From positions 27,302 to 91,301 of the forward strand of contig JACPRP010000014.1 of the NCBI GenBank assembly GCA_016189905.1: 64,000 nt of DNA, read 5' to 3'. The translations under genes were made by a program, and so were the position numbers. This DNA is from Chloroflexota bacterium (GTDB lineage Bacteria; Chloroflexota; UBA6077; FW602-bin22; JACPRP01). Under the pieces are notes generated by a model that worked only from the letters and a program-made list of their open reading frames with translations, did no database searches and had not been told where the DNA came from. Position 1 is the first letter of the stretch. Each line of letters starts with the position of its first letter. Of this stretch, positions 62,235 through 64,000 are shown piece by piece.

Positions 62235-63824
62235 CTAAACCCTGATTCGATTCTGCGCTAGCTTCTCGCCGGTTATGTAATGCTCACCTCTAAGGGCCAG
62301 CTCTGCCTCTTCGGCGATCTCATCCGGCCAGTAACCAAGCGATGCCCCGTACCATGGCATCTTCGGGTTTAGCTCGGGCAATCCTTCCTCCTCCCAAATC
62401 TGCCTGGCTTTCTCCATGAACTCCTTCCTCGGCAGAGATGTCGGCGGATAATCCCATTTCCTCGTGGCGTCGATCAGCAGCGAAGTTGTGCGTGGGTCCT
62501 CGAGAGCAGTCTGCTTGTCCTCGGGAGGCACGGCAGATGGGTCCAAAGAGGCGGTCTTGCCCTTGGCGATATGAATGTCTCGATGCGGTTGCATCCGGTA
62601 GCACAGCGCCCACATAACCGAATCCATATCTCGCGGATCGATGTCGTCGTCGACGGCGATCAAAACCTTCGCGTAGCGGGTGCTGGCGGCGCAGATCCCG
62701 TACAGGGCCTGCCAGACCTGTGGCGTTGTGGCGTTCTTCAACGCTATGACGCACAGGATGCGCCCGCCGCTCTCCAGATGATAGCCTACGTCGACCACGC
62801 TGTCGATGCCGAGATCGTATTTTAGCAGGTGATAGTCGGTTGCCTCTTTGCCCATCTGGGTCATCAAGCTGCTTTCGCTCGGCGGGAACTGGCTGATGTA
62901 CGCGTTCCAGATTGGCTGCTTGCGATGGGTGATGCATTTCACGTTCACGCACAGGTTGGGCCCACGCAAGCCCATATAGCCCGTGAACTCGCCGAACGGA
63001 CCTTCGCGTTCCAGATAATCGGTGGCAATCTCACCCTCCACGACGATTTCAGCCGTGGCCGGAACTTCCAGATCGACCGTCTTGCATTTCACCAGTTGCA
63101 CGGGCTCGCCCGCGATGCCGCCGGCGACGGCAAGCTCGTCCACGCCATACGGAACCTTGGTCACCGCCACCAGACCCACGTTCGGCGTGGGCCCAATGGC
63201 CACCGCCACCGGCATCGGAATGCCCAGCCGCTTGTACTTCGCCCAGTGCATCCGAATGTGCTGCGGCATCGGCGCGTCTACCCCGGTCCGCGTGGGACTC
63301 TTCACCATCGTGCGATGATTGCCCACGTTCCTTACGCCTGTTTCAGGGTCTCTGGAGATCCAGTTTCCCGCGGAGAAATACGGCGCGTTGTCGAACCCCG
63401 GCGTCGATATCGGAATCGCGAATTCCCCCAGCCCCCCGTGCTCTAGCAAGGTCGCGCCCACGTGCACCTCTTCCTGACATGGTCCAGAGTCGACCACGAC
63501 GGGCTCGATCCGATTCACCTGCGCCCGCTGCCACTTCTTCGCGAGAGCATCGCGCGAAGGCTCGGTCGCCATAGCCAGGGCATATATGTCTCTCGATCCG
63601 GCGTGACAGGCGACGAGGACCTTGTTGTCATACTTCTTGCCCTTTACGTCGACCACGTTCTCGAACAGAAACGCCTTTCGGTCCTTATCGGGAAGTCCAC
63701 GGAACTGCCAGCGAACCAGAGGCATCAACTCGGTATCCTTGTTGATCTCCCTCTTGATTCTTACCAGCTTGCCTCTTTCTTCCAGCACCTCGATGTATTC
63801 TCTGATATCCTTATAGTAGGCCAT
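62235..63824 (-). CDS. UbiD-family decarboxylase, paralog 3
   Basis: MAYYKDIREYIEVLEERGKLVRIKREI…, NVGNHRTM, AVAIGPTP, ELAVAGGIAGEPVQLVKCKTVDLEVPATAEIVVEG, REGPFGEFTGYMG. Confidence 0.85.
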   Translation of the reverse strand: MAYYKDIREYIEVLEERGKLVRIKREINKDTELMPLVRWQFRGLPDKDRKAFLFENVVDVKGKKYDNKVLVACHAGSRDIYALAMATEPSRDALAKKWQRAQVNRIEPVVVDSGPCQEEVHVGATLLEHGGLGEFAIPISTPGFDNAPYFSAGNWISRDPETGVRNVGNHRTMVKSPTRTGVDAPMPQHIRMHWAKYKRLGIPMPVAVAIGPTPNVGLVAVTKVPYGVDELAVAGGIAGEPVQLVKCKTVDLEVPATAEIVVEGEIATDYLEREGPFGEFTGYMGLRGPNLCVNVKCITHRKQPIWNAYISQFPPSESSLMTQMGKEATDYHLLKYDLGIDSVVDVGYHLESGGRILCVIALKNATTPQVWQALYGICAASTRYAKVLIAVDDDIDPRDMDSVMWALCYRMQPHRDIHIAKGKTASLDPSAVPPEDKQTALEDPRTTSLLIDATRKWDYPPTSLPRKEFMEKARQIWEEEGLPELNPKMPWYGASLGYWPDEIAEEAELALRGEHYITGEKLAQNRIRV

Positions 63825-63858
63825 TCCCCTTGCTCCTTACCAAAACTGATCGCTCGGT

Positions 63859-64000
63859 CTATTCAACGCTGAGTTGAACCACTTGCGGGGACGTAGCGCC
63901 CTTGCGCCATTCGTAAACGAACAGCGAAACCCCAATCATCAAGCCAACGATGTTGACGTAGATAACCCACCCGGCATCTGCCTTCAACGGTATGAGCAAT
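63859..64000 (-). CDS. 3' end of a membrane protein gene (5' part outside the window)
   Basis: My translation: …LIPLKADAGWVIYVNIVGLMIGVSLFVYEWRKGATSPQVVQLSVE*. One hydrophobic helix. The …VYEWRKGA tail is reminiscent of NuoA-type subunits, but identity is not established. Confidence 0.3.
   Translation of the reverse strand, partial: LLIPLKADAGWVIYVNIVGLMIGVSLFVYEWRKGATSPQVVQLSVE

Noticed and set aside
63859-64000. Calling the partial terminal ORF NuoA because of its …VYEWRKGA tail.
   Set aside because: Only 46 residues are visible and the context (upstream of a UbiD gene) is not a nuo operon. It is reported only as an unidentified membrane protein fragment.

Overview
GC-rich bacterial chromosomal window. 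No rRNA, tRNA or CRISPR array was recognised. GGAGG-type Shine-Dalgarno sites, Pro/Thr/Ala-rich lipoprotein linkers and an ACIII-type respiratory module fit a Chloroflexota/Thermomicrobia-like organism, but that is a low-confidence inference. Layout in order: (1) 1-4.6 kb, 3' part of an Alternative-Complex-III-like operon (molybdopterin-family subunit, 4Fe-4S subunit, NrfD-type membrane subunit, ActD-like protein, monoheme cytochrome c). (2) 5.6-15 kb, housekeeping and accessory genes: acyl-CoA carboxyltransferase, an unusual inositol-monophosphatase::ADP-ribosylglycohydrolase fusion with a 619-aa partner, CapA, a BON protein, an APC permease. (3) 15-25 kb, two duplicated operons of NMT1/SsuA-like solute-binding lipoproteins that share a conserved promoter and leader. 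Between them sits an IS carrying a sigma-70-like gene plus a frameshifted DDE transposase. Palindromic MITE-like repeats flank the operons. (4) 25.8-29.6 kb, a decayed mobile island: excisionase-like HTH, frameshifted hicA, hicB truncated by a 10-bp tandem repeat, an integrase remnant and an intact IS21-family element. (5) 29.7-36 kb, greA, a KGG-repeat stress protein, a MEMO-like protein, PRC-barrel proteins, a phosphoribosyltransferase, a GT9-like protein and two orphan receiver proteins. (6) 36-64 kb, a catabolic region interrupted by toxin-antitoxin cassettes. It holds three UbiD-family (de)carboxylases, two complete three-subunit xanthine-dehydrogenase-family Mo-hydroxylases, an amidohydrolase_2 enzyme, an isochorismatase-type cysteine hydrolase, a MoaD/ThiS-like GG protein, an unannotated Zn-ribbon mini-ORF, an adenine-deaminase-like enzyme, a NadB/SdhA-type flavoprotein, an MFS transporter, and a divergent FtsH-like protease overlapping a membrane-anchored bifunctional nuclease. 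The best candidate for an undescribed system is the dual Mo-hydroxylase / triple UbiD / hydrolase supercluster. I infer it is a route for N-heteroaromatic carboxylates that hydroxylates with water and decarboxylates non-oxidatively. All functional calls rest on motif recognition by eye; no database search was run.
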